This document shows, piece after piece, positions 25,161 to 36,074 of a DNA stretch of 64,000 nt (position 1 is its first letter; every line of letters starts with the position of its first letter). The notes beneath the pieces are model-generated. The model was not told where the DNA came from and did no database searches. It saw only the letters and a list, made by a program, of their open reading frames with translations. The stretch covers positions 4,066 through 68,065 of the forward strand of contig JAUSIS010000004.1 of NCBI GenBank assembly GCA_030647355.1, written 5' to 3'. Both the position numbers and the translations under genes were made by a program. The stretch comes from a bacterium. Lineage in GTDB: Bacteria; Patescibacteriota; UBA1384; VFKW01.

Positions 25161-25790
25161 TCACCTTTCTAGATGTTTCAATTCCTCATAGAGGCGGCGC
25201 TGGTCGCGGGTAAGATGCCTAGGTGTTTGAATATGAACGCTGATAACCAGGTCTCCGCGTCCCCGTCTGGTTTGAGCGCCTTTACCGCGAAATCTAAATT
25301 GAGCGCCGTCATGCATACCCGGTGGAATTCTTAATTTTAATTTGTCGCCATGCTGAGTTTGAAAATGTATTTCATCGCCAAGGACTGCTTGGGGAATAGA
25401 TATATTAATCTCCGCTTGGACATTGGAAAAAGCCCCTTCAAAAAGATCTTCAAAAATACTGCCTAAGCCACCGCCGGAAAAGCCAGAAAAATCAAAACCG
25501 CCTTGATTGAAGCCGCCGCTATAGCCGCCCTGACTAAAACCACCGCCAAAGCCGCCAGGACTACCGGCCCCAACACCCGCTTTGCCGAATTGATCATAGG
25601 CGGCGCGTTTCTGCGGATCCGACAAAACTTGATAGGCTTCGTTAACTTCTTTGAATCTGCCTTCAGCTGATTTACCGGCTCTGTCAGGATGATGTTGCAT
25701 CGCCATTTTTCGGTAAGCTTTTTTAATTTCATCAGCGCTTGCCGATTTGGTAATGCCTAATATTTCATAATAATCTCTATCTGTTGCCAT
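25161..25790 (-). CDS. dnaJ: Short DnaJ/CbpA-like co-chaperone (J domain, G/F region, single C-terminal domain, no zinc finger)
   Basis: DYYEILG, HHPDR, G/F-rich linker, GRGDLVI; downstream of dnaK. Confidence 0.88.
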   Translation of the reverse strand: MATDRDYYEILGITKSASADEIKKAYRKMAMQHHPDRAGKSAEGRFKEVNEAYQVLSDPQKRAAYDQFGKAGVGAGSPGGFGGGFSQGGYSGGFNQGGFDFSGFSGGGLGSIFEDLFEGAFSNVQAEINISIPQAVLGDEIHFQTQHGDKLKLRIPPGMHDGAQFRFRGKGAQTRRGRGDLVISVHIQTPRHLTRDQRRLYEELKHLER

Positions 25791-25817
25791 AATTATTCTA
25801 GTTATCCTCCTTATGGA

Positions 25818-25847
25818 GATGGCGAGGAAGTTACCTGCCTCGCCATC
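25818..25847 (-). terminator. Stem-loop between dnaK and dnaJ
   Basis: GATGGCGAGG/CCTCGCCATC 10-bp stem. Confidence 0.5.
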
Positions 25848-25877
25848 ATACCATAAAACCTGAGTTTTTCCAACTAG

Positions 25878-27791
25878 TTAGCCAACCTGTTCGCCTTCAG
25901 TTTCTTCTTTTGGCTCATTTTTGGGCTCTTCTTTCGGCTCTTCGGGCGCTGATTGAGAACCGGGTTCTTGCGGAGGAGTTTCGTCTTTGGATTTTTCATA
26001 CATTGCCGAACCGACTTTTTGAATAGCTTCAGAGAGTTCTTCGGTGGCAGATTTGATTTCTTCTGACGATGAAGAGATATTGGAGACGCTTCGGGTTTTG
26101 GTTATTTTATCTTCAACTTCACGTTTTAATTCAGGATCAACCTTATCGCCAGCGTCTTTGAGAGTTTTTTCGGCTGAATAAATTAGATTATCGGCGATAT
26201 TTTTGGCTTCTATTGCTTCTTTCTTCTTTTGATCATCGGCGGCATGAGCTTCAGCTTCCTGACGCATTTTCTCAATTTCTTGCTCATTTAAACCACTTGA
26301 GGAAGTAATAGTAATTTTTTGCTCTTTGCCGGTGGCTTTATCCTTGGCTGTAACATGGAGGATGCCATTGGCATCAATATCGAAAGTTACTTCGACTTGA
26401 GGAATACCGCGCGGGGCGGGAGGTATGCCATCGAGAATGAAACGGCCGAGTGTGCGGTTGTCGGCGGCCATTGGACGCTCACCCTGGAGAACATGAATCT
26501 CTACAGTAGTCTGATTGTCGGCGGCAGTAGAGAAAATCTGGCTTTTGGAAGTCGGGATTGTGCTATTTCTTTCAATAAGCGGCGTCATAACTCCACCGAG
26601 GGTTTCGATTCCCAAAGTAAGTGGAGTCACATCGAGTAAGAGCAGTTCTTTGACTTCACCGCTTAGAACTCCGCCTTGAATGGCGGCGCCGAGGGCGACT
26701 ACTTCATCAGGGTTAACGCCTTTGGATGGTTCTTTACCGAATATCTTTTTTACAGTTTCTTGAATCAGCGGCATTCGGGTCATCCCTCCAACTAAAATTA
26801 CCTCATCAATTTTTTCCTTAGTGACTCCGGCATCTTTCAGAGCTTGCTCGGATATAGGGACTGTTTTGTTGATGAGTTCGCCAGTTAGCTGCTCCAGCTT
26901 TGAGCGAGTAAGTTTCATGACAAGGTGTTTTGGACCGGTTGCGTCGGCTGTGATAAACGGCAGATTAATTTCTGTTTCCTGGCTGGAGGAGAGCTCGATT
27001 TTGGCTTTTTCGGCTGCTTCTTTAATACGCTGGATGGCAGTTTTCTCGGTGCGCAGATCTAGACTTTCCTGTTTTTTGAATTCATCAATAATCCAGTCCA
27101 TCACTTTAATATCTAGATCGTCGCCGCCTAAATGGGTATCGCCGCCGGTGGACTTGACTTCGAAGACACCATCGCCGATTTCTAAGATAGTTATATCGAA
27201 TGTACCGCCGCCGAAATCATAGACGGCGATTTTACCTTCTTTTTTCTTATCAAGACCATAAGCTAGGGCAGAGGCGGTCGGTTCGTTGATAATCCTTTGG
27301 ACATTCAGACCGGCAATTTTACCGGCATCTTTGGTCGCTTGGCGTTGGGAATCGTTGAAGTAAGCCGGTACAGTAATTACGGCATCGGTGACTTTTTCAC
27401 TTAAAAATGCTTCGGCATCTGTCTTTAATTTCTGCAGAATGAAAGCGGAAACTTCTTGAGGAGAGTATGGTTTGCCTCCCATCTCAACTGCAACACCACC
27501 GTCTGATTTAACAATTTTATAAGGCATTAATTTAATATCTTTTTGGACTTCCGAATCTTCAAAGCGGCGACCAATCAGACGTTTTACAGAGTAAACGGTG
27601 TTTTCCGGGTTGGTAACCGATTGTCGTTTAGCAAGCTGACCGACAAGACGTTCATTGTTTTTCGCTACAGCAACAACGGACGGGACGATATTTGAGCCCT
27701 CGGCTGAAGGAATGATTTTTGGTTTTCCTCCTTCCATGACAGCCACGGCTGAATTAGTAGTTCCAAGATCTATTCCAATAATTTTTGCCAT
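25878..27791 (-). CDS. dnaK: Chaperone DnaK
   Basis: [41 protein letters not shown]. Confidence 0.98.
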   Translation of the reverse strand: MAKIIGIDLGTTNSAVAVMEGGKPKIIPSAEGSNIVPSVVAVAKNNERLVGQLAKRQSVTNPENTVYSVKRLIGRRFEDSEVQKDIKLMPYKIVKSDGGVAVEMGGKPYSPQEVSAFILQKLKTDAEAFLSEKVTDAVITVPAYFNDSQRQATKDAGKIAGLNVQRIINEPTASALAYGLDKKKEGKIAVYDFGGGTFDITILEIGDGVFEVKSTGGDTHLGGDDLDIKVMDWIIDEFKKQESLDLRTEKTAIQRIKEAAEKAKIELSSSQETEINLPFITADATGPKHLVMKLTRSKLEQLTGELINKTVPISEQALKDAGVTKEKIDEVILVGGMTRMPLIQETVKKIFGKEPSKGVNPDEVVALGAAIQGGVLSGEVKELLLLDVTPLTLGIETLGGVMTPLIERNSTIPTSKSQIFSTAADNQTTVEIHVLQGERPMAADNRTLGRFILDGIPPAPRGIPQVEVTFDIDANGILHVTAKDKATGKEQKITITSSSGLNEQEIEKMRQEAEAHAADDQKKKEAIEAKNIADNLIYSAEKTLKDAGDKVDPELKREVEDKITKTRSVSNISSSSEEIKSATEELSEAIQKVGSAMYEKSKDETPPQEPGSQSAPEEPKEEPKNEPKEETEGEQVG

Positions 27792-27941
27792 TTTGTCTCC
27801 TTTTTGGCTTTCTCCGCTATAAAATAAAGCGGAATTTAATTGGTATCTAAATATACGATAATACAAATGTAAAGTTTTCTTTACATTTTGTCAATAGCTA
27901 AAATACTAGAGGATAGACTCTACCCGTCATTAGTGGTTGGA

Positions 27942-28211
27942 TTATTGCGCTTCAGTATCTTCTTTTACCTCAAAGGGTGGATACTTTGGTGGCTCGCCGG
28001 GTGGCAACAGAGTATCTCTAACCAAGGAGTCCTGAGGAGTAAATAAGTCTTGGCAACGCTTAAGTGCTTGCTCGGATAGTTCATCTGTCAGATCTTCGGA
28101 TTTCGCGCCTTCTGGTAAAATACCAAGAGCTTGAGCTACTTCTAGGCGCTCTCTTTGAAACTTAGCCGCCCCTTCCAAAGCAATAACTTCTAATTTTTTT
28201 TCTTCTTCCAT
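27942..28211 (-). CDS. Small acidic hypothetical protein
   Basis: 89 aa, AAGGAG RBS; between grpE and dnaK. Confidence 0.6.
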   Translation of the reverse strand: MEEEKKLEVIALEGAAKFQRERLEVAQALGILPEGAKSEDLTDELSEQALKRCQDLFTPQDSLVRDTLLPPGEPPKYPPFEVKEDTEAQ

Positions 28212-28244
28212 TTATTCTCCTTTACATAAATAATAGCATATTAT

Positions 28245-28790
28245 TCACTTTCCGCTAGAGACGCGGACTTTGGCGCAACGGACGACTTTGTCATTCAGTT
28301 TGTAGCCGCCTTCCAGTTCATCAATAACAGTGCCCTCTTCCAGTTCCGGGTGGGGCTCGTAGGCGATTGCCTCCATAGTATGCGGATCAAATTGTTTGCC
28401 GATTGTCTCAATATGGGTCAAGCCAGCGGAACTTAGCACCCCTTCCAGCTGTTTCTCGATTTGACGGATACCATCAAAATAAGCACTAATTTTACGCAGT
28501 TCATCTTCGGAAAGCTCGGGAACATTTTTGTCTGAAATTTGAATGGCCGGTGCGTGTTCGGAGGCACGGCGAAAGTTGTCTAAGATCGGGAATATCTCGG
28601 CAACCAGTCCATTTGTCGCCAAATGCGATGCTTGAGCGTGCTCGGTTTCTTTCCTTTTCCGATAATTATCAAAATCAGCTGCCAAGCGTTTGCATGATTC
28701 TGCCAGCTCGGCATTTTCTTTTTCCAGCAGTTTTATTTTTTCATTAATCATTTCAGGCTTATTGACGTCGCTTTTTGGTTTTTTGACCAT
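28245..28790 (-). CDS. grpE: Nucleotide exchange factor GrpE
   Basis: LAADFDNYRKR, FDPHTMEA, GYKLNDKVVRCAKVRV. Confidence 0.93.
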   Translation of the reverse strand: MVKKPKSDVNKPEMINEKIKLLEKENAELAESCKRLAADFDNYRKRKETEHAQASHLATNGLVAEIFPILDNFRRASEHAPAIQISDKNVPELSEDELRKISAYFDGIRQIEKQLEGVLSSAGLTHIETIGKQFDPHTMEAIAYEPHPELEEGTVIDELEGGYKLNDKVVRCAKVRVSSGK

Positions 28791-28827
28791 TTTCGGCTCC
28801 TTCTCTTCCTTATGGTAGAATAATAAC

Positions 28828-30006
28828 ATGAGCCAGTCAAGGTTATTAATATATATGTGCCTGTCATTTGCCATGGGTATTGCGGGTGAAAATTGGATTG
28901 CCGTTAATCTGAAAATCATCGGGTTGGTAGTTTTGTTTTTATTTATGATCGGAGTTTTTCTAACGAGAGAAATAAAAATACGGCTGATTATTTTGTTTTG
29001 GGTAATTTTCTATTTGGGAATCGTCTATAGTAATTATCTAGCAGATGGTAGTTTGATCGGATCGGTTTTTTTGGCGCCAATAGTTGTCAGGTTAGGAGAT
29101 TTGCGAGAGTTAATCGAAAATTTATGCGCCCGTCTAATTAGTGAACCTTATGCTTCGCTTCTAAATGGAATATTGCTAGGGACTAAGAGCGGATTCGGTC
29201 CTGATTTATATCAGGCATTCAAGATAACCGGTTTAATGCATATTGTGGCAATCAGCGGATACAATGTGACAATAATCGTTAATTCTTTCTTTGTTTTAGC
29301 CAAGCCGCTTGCTTTACGACTACGGATGGGCTTAACTTTGGGTTTAATAATTTTATTTATTATATTGACCGGCGGTTCGGCTTCCGTTATAAGGGCGGGC
29401 ATTATGGGCGGGTTAGTAGTGGCGGCTCGCCTTTTCGGACGCAAGGCATTAGCCCTGAATTCATTAATATTGGCGGGATTTTTAATGGTAGCAGAGAGAC
29501 CGTATATTCTAGTCCATGATATTGGATTCCAGCTTTCAGTTGCCGCTACTTTGGGTTTAGTACTTTTCAGTCCAATTTTGAAAAGAGTAGGGGAGAGGGG
29601 AGTTGTAAAATTGTTGCCGGAGACTTTCCGGGAAGCGCTTTTTTCCACTCTCGCCGCTCAAGTGATGACAGCGCCTATTATCTTTTATTATTTTAAAAAT
29701 CTATCTTTGGTCTCCCCTATCGCCAATTTGCTGATTTTACCGATTATTCCCCTAGCAATGTCCATTGGCTTTATGGTAATTCTGGCCGGACTTTTATACT
29801 TTCCAATCGGTTATGTGCTCGGATTTGGAGCCTGGTTAATTTTGTATGTTATTGTATGGGTGGTAGAAAAATTAGCCCTAATCCCCTATGCCAGCATGAA
29901 TACACCGGCATGGATGATGTCGTTAATAATTCCGTATTATATTTGGCTAGCTTATCTAATCTGGAGTCAGCCGAAACAAGGAGTTTTGTCTAATGAAAAA
30001 ACTTAA
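28828..30006 (+). CDS. comEC: ComEC/Rec2 competence channel domain
   Basis: GLMHIVAISGYNV, ASVIRAGIM, GFQLSVAAT, IANL. Confidence 0.9.
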   Translation: MSQSRLLIYMCLSFAMGIAGENWIAVNLKIIGLVVLFLFMIGVFLTREIKIRLIILFWVIFYLGIVYSNYLADGSLIGSVFLAPIVVRLGDLRELIENLCARLISEPYASLLNGILLGTKSGFGPDLYQAFKITGLMHIVAISGYNVTIIVNSFFVLAKPLALRLRMGLTLGLIILFIILTGGSASVIRAGIMGGLVVAARLFGRKALALNSLILAGFLMVAERPYILVHDIGFQLSVAATLGLVLFSPILKRVGERGVVKLLPETFREALFSTLAAQVMTAPIIFYYFKNLSLVSPIANLLILPIIPLAMSIGFMVILAGLLYFPIGYVLGFGAWLILYVIVWVVEKLALIPYASMNTPAWMMSLIIPYYIWLAYLIWSQPKQGVLSNEKT

Positions 30007-30832
30007 CTTATGGTTGGCGTTGATAATTATCGCCGGAGTTGTCTGGGCGGGAGTTGTTAAGCATCCGGCACCGGATTTTCGGATGTATTTTTTGAATGTC
30101 GGGCAGGGTGATGCGACCTATCTATCGTTTCCTGACGGCCAAGATGCGCTCGTTGATGGAGGACCGGGAGATCGAGTTCTGACCGAGTTGGGACAAGTGA
30201 TGCCATTTTGGGATAAAGATCTGGATTTAGTAGTCGTGACGCATAATCACAGCGATCATATATCCGGTTTGGTTGGGGTTTTGAAAAGGTATCAAGTAAA
30301 TGAGATTTGGTTGAGCGGGGCAATTCACACAAGTAATCAATATTTAGAAATGCTAAGACTAATTAAAAATAAAAAAATCCCCGTGAAGATAGTTGAGGAA
30401 GGTGAGGAGAAGTATTTTGATCAGGTGAAGGTAAGGGTTGTTTATCCGGATGAAAATTGGCAAGGGAGAAAACCGGAAGATCAGCACGAAGCAACTGTGG
30501 TAACGAGGTGGACTTATGGAAAGTTTGCTTTACTTTTGACTGGCGATTTAGGGACGGCACAAATTGAACGCATAACGAGTTCCCGAGAAATAATCAAAGC
30601 GGATATTTTGAAAGTGCCGCACCATGGGAGCGCAACCGGGTTAAATAAGGAGTTTCTGGAGAAAATAAGCCCTAAAGCGGCAGTAATATCGGTAGGTAAG
30701 AATAATTCATTTGGACACCCAAAGCAATCAATTTTGAATTTGCTGAAACATTATTATATTAAGACTTATCGAACTGACCAAAATGGACGAGTGGAATTTG
30801 AAAGCGATGGTAGCGGCTTTAATAAGATTTAA
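29993..30832 (+). CDS. ComEC-type metallo-beta-lactamase-fold protein
   Basis: NVGQGDA, THNHSDHISG, LLTGD, KVPHHGS, FGHP. Confidence 0.9.
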   Translation: MKKLNLWLALIIIAGVVWAGVVKHPAPDFRMYFLNVGQGDATYLSFPDGQDALVDGGPGDRVLTELGQVMPFWDKDLDLVVVTHNHSDHISGLVGVLKRYQVNEIWLSGAIHTSNQYLEMLRLIKNKKIPVKIVEEGEEKYFDQVKVRVVYPDENWQGRKPEDQHEATVVTRWTYGKFALLLTGDLGTAQIERITSSREIIKADILKVPHHGSATGLNKEFLEKISPKAAVISVGKNNSFGHPKQSILNLLKHYYIKTYRTDQNGRVEFESDGSGFNKI

Positions 30833-30840
30833 ATGAAAAT

Positions 30841-30861
30841 AGCGGCGGAAAATCCGCCGCT
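30841..30861. terminator. Hairpin between convergent genes
   Basis: AGCGGCGGA-AAA-TCCGCCGCT. Confidence 0.65.
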
Positions 30862-31556
30862 TAACTGGTATTCCAGAGTACTTTGGCGAGCGATAATAGG
30901 TCTTCATATCGCTCGGCTGGATAGTCGCGAGGGACCCCTGGCCAGCCAGTCAGTACTTCACAGTACCGGATGCCAGCAGCCTTGGCTGCCTGGGCGTCAT
31001 ACGGTGCATCGCCTACATAGATGGCCTCTTCTGGCTTGACTCCCAACTGATCGCAGGCATAAAGTAGTCCGTCGGGAGCCGGTTTTTTCGGCAGTTTCAG
31101 CTCGGGAAGTTTGAAGATTCTGCTAAAGTACCCACCAATGTGATCCACTATCACATGATCCATCGGTTCGGCACGGTTGGTAACGATAGCAAGATGGCCG
31201 ATGCCAGGGCCGCCTACTGTCCACCAAAGCCTTCGCAGAGCTTCAACTGTCCCGGGCAGCAATCCCGCCCGGAGATTGGCTTGTGAGTATAGCTCGCACC
31301 ACATCAGAGTGGCCTCGTTTACGGTTAAGCCAATCCTTCTTCCGGAGTACTGCTCGTAACTGGGAATCAGGTGGAAGAATAAATCCTCTACCGAAAAGGC
31401 ATGTATGTCGTAGCTCTTGAGGAGCCGATCTAGACAGCCCTTATCATCACCAACTCGTTGACGCCAGATCTCATTGATAACCAGGCGATGGGCATGCAAT
31501 ACATCAAATAGCACGCCGTCATAGTCTAGGAGAATCACCTTGATCTTAGTTGTCAA
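30861..31556 (-). CDS. HAD-superfamily hydrolase
   Basis: DYDGVL, VTN, KPAPDG, YVGDAPYD. Confidence 0.88.
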   Translation of the reverse strand: MTTKIKVILLDYDGVLFDVLHAHRLVINEIWRQRVGDDKGCLDRLLKSYDIHAFSVEDLFFHLIPSYEQYSGRRIGLTVNEATLMWCELYSQANLRAGLLPGTVEALRRLWWTVGGPGIGHLAIVTNRAEPMDHVIVDHIGGYFSRIFKLPELKLPKKPAPDGLLYACDQLGVKPEEAIYVGDAPYDAQAAKAAGIRYCEVLTGWPGVPRDYPAERYEDLLSLAKVLWNTS

Positions 31557-31679
31557 AGACCTGTTCCATCCTTTCGCCCGTATTAGATATCAGAAAACTT
31601 GTGCTAATATAACAGATTTTGGCCCTTTTGTCAAGGAGAGGGATATGGTATAATCGGCGGGAATACGGAAGGAGAAGAG

Positions 31680-32429
31680 ATGTCAGGACATAGCAAGTGG
31701 TCTACGATAAAAAGACAAAAAGGCGTAGCAGATGCGAAGCGAAGCAGTGTTTTTACCAAATTAGCCAATACCATATCGGTAGCCGCCCGGCAGGGCGGCG
31801 GCGATATGACAATGAATTTTTCCTTGCGACTCGCCATTGATAAAGCCAAACAGTCAAATATGCCAAAAGAAAATATTGAACGAGCAGTTAAAAGAGGCAC
31901 CGGTGAACTAGAAGGAGCCAGGATTGAGGAGGTTATGTATGAGGCATATGGACCGGGAGGAACCGGTATTTTGGTGGAGGCGGCAACCGATAACCGCAAC
32001 CGGACTTCGGCGGAAGTTAAAGTGATCTTTAATAAATTTGGGGGCAAATTAGCCGAGCCGGGAGCAGTAAGTTATCAATTTAAAAAAAGGGGGGTACTGA
32101 ATTTTCTATTAAACGACAAGGATGCAGATGAAGTAGAATTGGCGGCAATAGAAGCAGGCGCAGAGGATTTCGAGCAGCATGGTAAGGAACTAATCGTTTA
32201 TTCTGAGCCAAGAGAAATTGATAAAGTTAGGGCAGCGATGATAGGGGCTGGTTTTGAACCGGCGGAGGTAAGTTTGTCTTGGGAACCATCAGCGATGATT
32301 AAGATAGAAGACGAGAAGATGGCGGGTAGCATTTTAATATTAATGAATGCACTTGAGGAGTTGGAAGATATAACAAGCGTCTCGAGTAATTTTGATATTC
32401 CAGATCAATTGATGGAAAAGTTAGTTTAA
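31680..32429 (+). CDS. yebC: YebC/PmpR family protein
   Basis: MSGHSKWSTIKRQK, YEAYGPGG, TDNRNRT. Confidence 0.95.
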   Translation: MSGHSKWSTIKRQKGVADAKRSSVFTKLANTISVAARQGGGDMTMNFSLRLAIDKAKQSNMPKENIERAVKRGTGELEGARIEEVMYEAYGPGGTGILVEAATDNRNRTSAEVKVIFNKFGGKLAEPGAVSYQFKKRGVLNFLLNDKDADEVELAAIEAGAEDFEQHGKELIVYSEPREIDKVRAAMIGAGFEPAEVSLSWEPSAMIKIEDEKMAGSILILMNALEELEDITSVSSNFDIPDQLMEKLV

Positions 32430-32443
32430 AAGAAGGAGCGGGC

Positions 32444-32932
32444 GTGAGAATATTAGGGATCGACCCGGGGACTGGACGAATGGGTTTTGGGGTGGTTGAT
32501 TTTGATCGGCAGAAAGCTCATTTGGTTAAATATGGATGTATTTCCACGCCCGCACATACAGCAATTTCAGATCGATTGGTTATTATTTTCACAGAAATTA
32601 AGCAAATAATTGATAAATTTAAGCCCGATGTAATCGCAGTTGAGAAGTTGTTTTTTGCTAAAAATGTTACAACCGTAATGAGTGTTGGTGAGGCAATGGG
32701 CGTTGTTATATTGTTGGCGGCTTTAGCTAAAGTTCCAATAGTAGAATTTACGCCTTTGCAGGTAAAGCAGGCGCTGACAGGTTATGGGCGAGCAGAAAAG
32801 GGTCAAATACAAAAAATGGTTCAGGTAATTCTAAATATGGAAGAGCTGCCTCGGCCTGATGATGCGGCTGACGCGCTGGCGATTGCGATTACATGCTCGA
32901 GTAGTGCGCGAAGTCATTCACCTATTAAATAA
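32444..32932 (+). CDS. ruvC: Holliday junction resolvase RuvC
   Basis: ILGIDPG, VEKLFF, GYGRAEK, DDAADALAIA. Confidence 0.96.
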   Translation: MRILGIDPGTGRMGFGVVDFDRQKAHLVKYGCISTPAHTAISDRLVIIFTEIKQIIDKFKPDVIAVEKLFFAKNVTTVMSVGEAMGVVILLAALAKVPIVEFTPLQVKQALTGYGRAEKGQIQKMVQVILNMEELPRPDDAADALAIAITCSSSARSHSPIK

Positions 32933-33666
32933 ACCGATTCCTTGGGCCGAGGCGTATTTTCAATTTCACTTGTAATATATTTAATTAGATTTTTTCCGAA
33001 ATCTTGGTCTATGATTTTTCCAAGGCTGCTAGGAAATATATTTTTGGAATCCGGATTATCGTATTTGTAAGGAAAAATACGCAGGGCTTTAAAGTCGTAT
33101 CTTACCGCTTCCTTTAAGACAGCCGGGTCGTCGTCAATAATAAGGCTATAACCTAAAAGTTTAATGTTTTTGGGTATGCGATAGATAGAACGACCTGTCG
33201 AGGGATCTATATTATCTTGAGAGGTCTTAAGTAAATCCTGATAATATTTTTCATCTACCTTCTTAATATAATCTTGTTCGGACTTAAGTACGAATTTGAA
33301 ACTGTAACTTTCTGCCGGAATAATCAGATTAAAATATTGTTCAAATTCAGGATACTTATTAAGTGTCTGCTGTATAGAGTCTCTGTCTGCAGCGCTCCAC
33401 ACCACTAAACGGTAACCCAAATCTTTCAACGATCCCAAGACTTGTTTGAGAGAATGGCGAAGAAAGGTTTGGTGATTTTTTATATCCCAACCACGCATAG
33501 TTTCATCTAAATCGAAGACGATTGTTTTAATAGAAAGGTGATTTTCTTGAGTAATAAAATCTTCCCTGAAGATTGAGCCATCAATAAATTTCTTGGAATA
33601 TTCAATCCGATCGGCTAGATTGAGCGGATCGATGTATTTATCTTTGGGAGTAAAATCTTTAGACAT
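32914..33666 (-). CDS. HAD/NIF-like phosphatase
   Basis: VFDLDET, VVWSA, IPK, IIDD. Confidence 0.7.
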   Translation of the reverse strand: MSKDFTPKDKYIDPLNLADRIEYSKKFIDGSIFREDFITQENHLSIKTIVFDLDETMRGWDIKNHQTFLRHSLKQVLGSLKDLGYRLVVWSAADRDSIQQTLNKYPEFEQYFNLIIPAESYSFKFVLKSEQDYIKKVDEKYYQDLLKTSQDNIDPSTGRSIYRIPKNIKLLGYSLIIDDDPAVLKEAVRYDFKALRIFPYKYDNPDSKNIFPSSLGKIIDQDFGKNLIKYITSEIENTPRPKESVYLIGE

Positions 33667-34681
33667 AATCAGTTAGCTTTCCGCCTTCGAGGGCTATTTG
33701 ATAGTTTTTGCGGCAAATCTCTAAGTTATTTTGGTATATCTCCCTTTGTTTAGATCGGATTGAGAGATTCTGGGATAAAGGATACCAAATCATAGATATT
33801 TCTTCAAGTATACGACAGAGTAAACTTAAGCGAAAGAGCTCGGGAAAGAATTCGTTTTGCCTCGTTTTTTGATAAAATTTCTGGAGTAAAAATTTTCTTT
33901 CCTCTGGACGCTCTAGCATGCGCATCCAGAGAGTGGTTAAATCCCAAGCGCAATTATCAATATGGAGAGTCTCCCAGTCAATGGCGATGGCGTGATCATT
34001 AATAATGATATTAGCGGGATGAAAATCACCATGGGTAAAAAGTGTACATGAGCCATCCAGTAGATCTTTAGAGTCCAAAATTATCTCATCGGCCTTTTCC
34101 ATAAGTTCTTCACCAAGAATTTCTTTCAGAATACGGGATTTTTTGTTTTTGAAGCGATGAAAAATCATGTGATATTTATCAAAATCCATCCATATCAGAT
34201 TTTTTGTCCAGTGATGAGATTTACAAAAGTCCTCTATGGGGAAAGACTGGATTTTAATTAATAGATTGATGATTTGATTGATTTCTTCTTTTTGCGGCGT
34301 ATCATAAATTATATTGCTTGAGCCAACGGTTTTTTTGTTGATATATTCACACATCAACCACTCGCAACCTTGCATTTGTGATTTAATATATACTGGAAGG
34401 CACTCAACTAATGGATTTTTGGGATCAGTCTTCTCTAATGTCCTTAGAAGACGTCTTTCGTTTTTGAAGTTTTTATTCCATTGCTTCAAAACCCGATGGT
34501 CAGCTATACGGGCTTTAAATAAAATTTTACTACCTTGAAATTTAGAAACCGTTAGATAGAAATTTTGTTTTCCTAAAATAGCACCTTCAACCGAATTTGA
34601 CGAGTGAAGATTATATTTCTCTATCACCTTGTTTATTTTTTTATCAATATCTTTGAGTGGCTTGTACTCATATTTGGGCAC
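33659..34681 (-). CDS. APH/choline-kinase-family phosphotransferase
   Basis: LFK, NE, HGDFHPANI, IDWE. Confidence 0.82.
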   Translation of the reverse strand: MPKYEYKPLKDIDKKINKVIEKYNLHSSNSVEGAILGKQNFYLTVSKFQGSKILFKARIADHRVLKQWNKNFKNERRLLRTLEKTDPKNPLVECLPVYIKSQMQGCEWLMCEYINKKTVGSSNIIYDTPQKEEINQIINLLIKIQSFPIEDFCKSHHWTKNLIWMDFDKYHMIFHRFKNKKSRILKEILGEELMEKADEIILDSKDLLDGSCTLFTHGDFHPANIIINDHAIAIDWETLHIDNCAWDLTTLWMRMLERPEERKFLLQKFYQKTRQNEFFPELFRLSLLCRILEEISMIWYPLSQNLSIRSKQREIYQNNLEICRKNYQIALEGGKLTDYV

Positions 34682-34856
34682 TTTGCCTCCTGAGCAGGTT
34701 AAAATAAAAAAACATCAGATACTAAAGCTTATGGAGCAAACGATGTTTTAATTAATTGACTTTCTAGTGTGTTTGAGCTATAATATTTGTATATTTTGGA
34801 TAATCCATTTGACTAACAAATCATAATATAATTTTTCTCTTTTGAAAAGGCCGGAA

Positions 34857-36074
34857 ATGACAGAACATTCCTTAGGTATTAAATTAGCCGAGCAAGAGCG
34901 AGTTGTTCGAGTGATATATATAGGCAGTTATATTCCTCGAGAATGTGGGATAGCAACGTATACAAAAGATCTCACTACAGCTATTAACGTGCTTAACCCT
35001 CTTTGTTTATCTGAGATAATGGCTATTGATGAAAATGGTAATGATAGGAATTATCCTTGGGAAGTTAAATATAAGATCAGGCAAGACGACCTCGATTGCT
35101 ATACGAAAGCGGCTGAATATATTAATCAGTCCAGTGCCGATGTAGTCCATATTCAACATGAATTTGGAATTTTCGGGGGTAAGCATGGTGAATATATAAT
35201 TCCTTTCATGCAAGCAATTACCAAACCTATCATCACAACACTCCATACTGTTTTGGATCAGCCAGATGAGCATCGAAAAAAATTAATCCAAGAAATCGCT
35301 GAGCTTAGTACAGTAACAATCGTGATGATCAAAGCGGCGTCAGATCGATTGAATGAGGTGTATGGAATTGCGAAAGAAAAGATTGTCGTGATACCACATG
35401 GGGTACCAGATATTCCGTATGGTCCAACATTGCACTATAAAAAAGAGTTGGGCTATCAGGAAAATATGATCCTCTCGACATTCGGTTTGATTAACCCTGG
35501 CAAAGGCATTGAATATGTACTTGAGGCACTACCAGAAGTCGTCAAGAAGTTTTCTAAACTGAAATTTTTAATAATCGGCGCTACTCACCCGGTATTAGTA
35601 AAACGAGAGGGTGAAAAATACAGAGAGAAATTACAAGAGCTCGCTACTCGGCTTGGTTTGAATAAAAACGTGGAGTTTATAAACAGATACTTATCATTAG
35701 ACGAAGTGGTTCAATACCTTAGGGCAACAGATATATATATATCTCCATATCTGCAAAGCGAGCAAATTGCTTCGGGAACACTAGCATATGCACTAGGGGC
35801 AGGCAGAGCATGCATCTCGACAGAATATCTTTATGCAAAAGAGGTTTTGGCAGATGGACGAGGGATCTTAGTTCCTTTTAGAGATCCGCAAGCTATGACA
35901 GAAAAAATAACCGAGCTTACTGAGTCAGCCGAGAAACGTAATGAAATCGAAAAGAAAGCTTATAGTTATGGTCGAACGATGATTTGGTCAAATGTTGCCT
36001 TAAAGCACCTAAATCTTTTCTGGCTGATTGCGCGCGATAATAAGGCAGGAAGTGAAAATGGCGACCAAAGTTAA
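34857..36074 (+). CDS. GT4 glycosyltransferase
   Basis: PRECGIATYT, QHEFGIFGG, IPHG, KGIE, SGTLAYA. Confidence 0.9.
   Translation: MTEHSLGIKLAEQERVVRVIYIGSYIPRECGIATYTKDLTTAINVLNPLCLSEIMAIDENGNDRNYPWEVKYKIRQDDLDCYTKAAEYINQSSADVVHIQHEFGIFGGKHGEYIIPFMQAITKPIITTLHTVLDQPDEHRKKLIQEIAELSTVTIVMIKAASDRLNEVYGIAKEKIVVIPHGVPDIPYGPTLHYKKELGYQENMILSTFGLINPGKGIEYVLEALPEVVKKFSKLKFLIIGATHPVLVKREGEKYREKLQELATRLGLNKNVEFINRYLSLDEVVQYLRATDIYISPYLQSEQIASGTLAYALGAGRACISTEYLYAKEVLADGRGILVPFRDPQAMTEKITELTESAEKRNEIEKKAYSYGRTMIWSNVALKHLNLFWLIARDNKAGSENGDQS

Noticed and set aside
27790-28830. CIRCE operator for the chaperone genes
   Set aside because: I did not find TTAGCACTC-N9-GAGTGCTAA.
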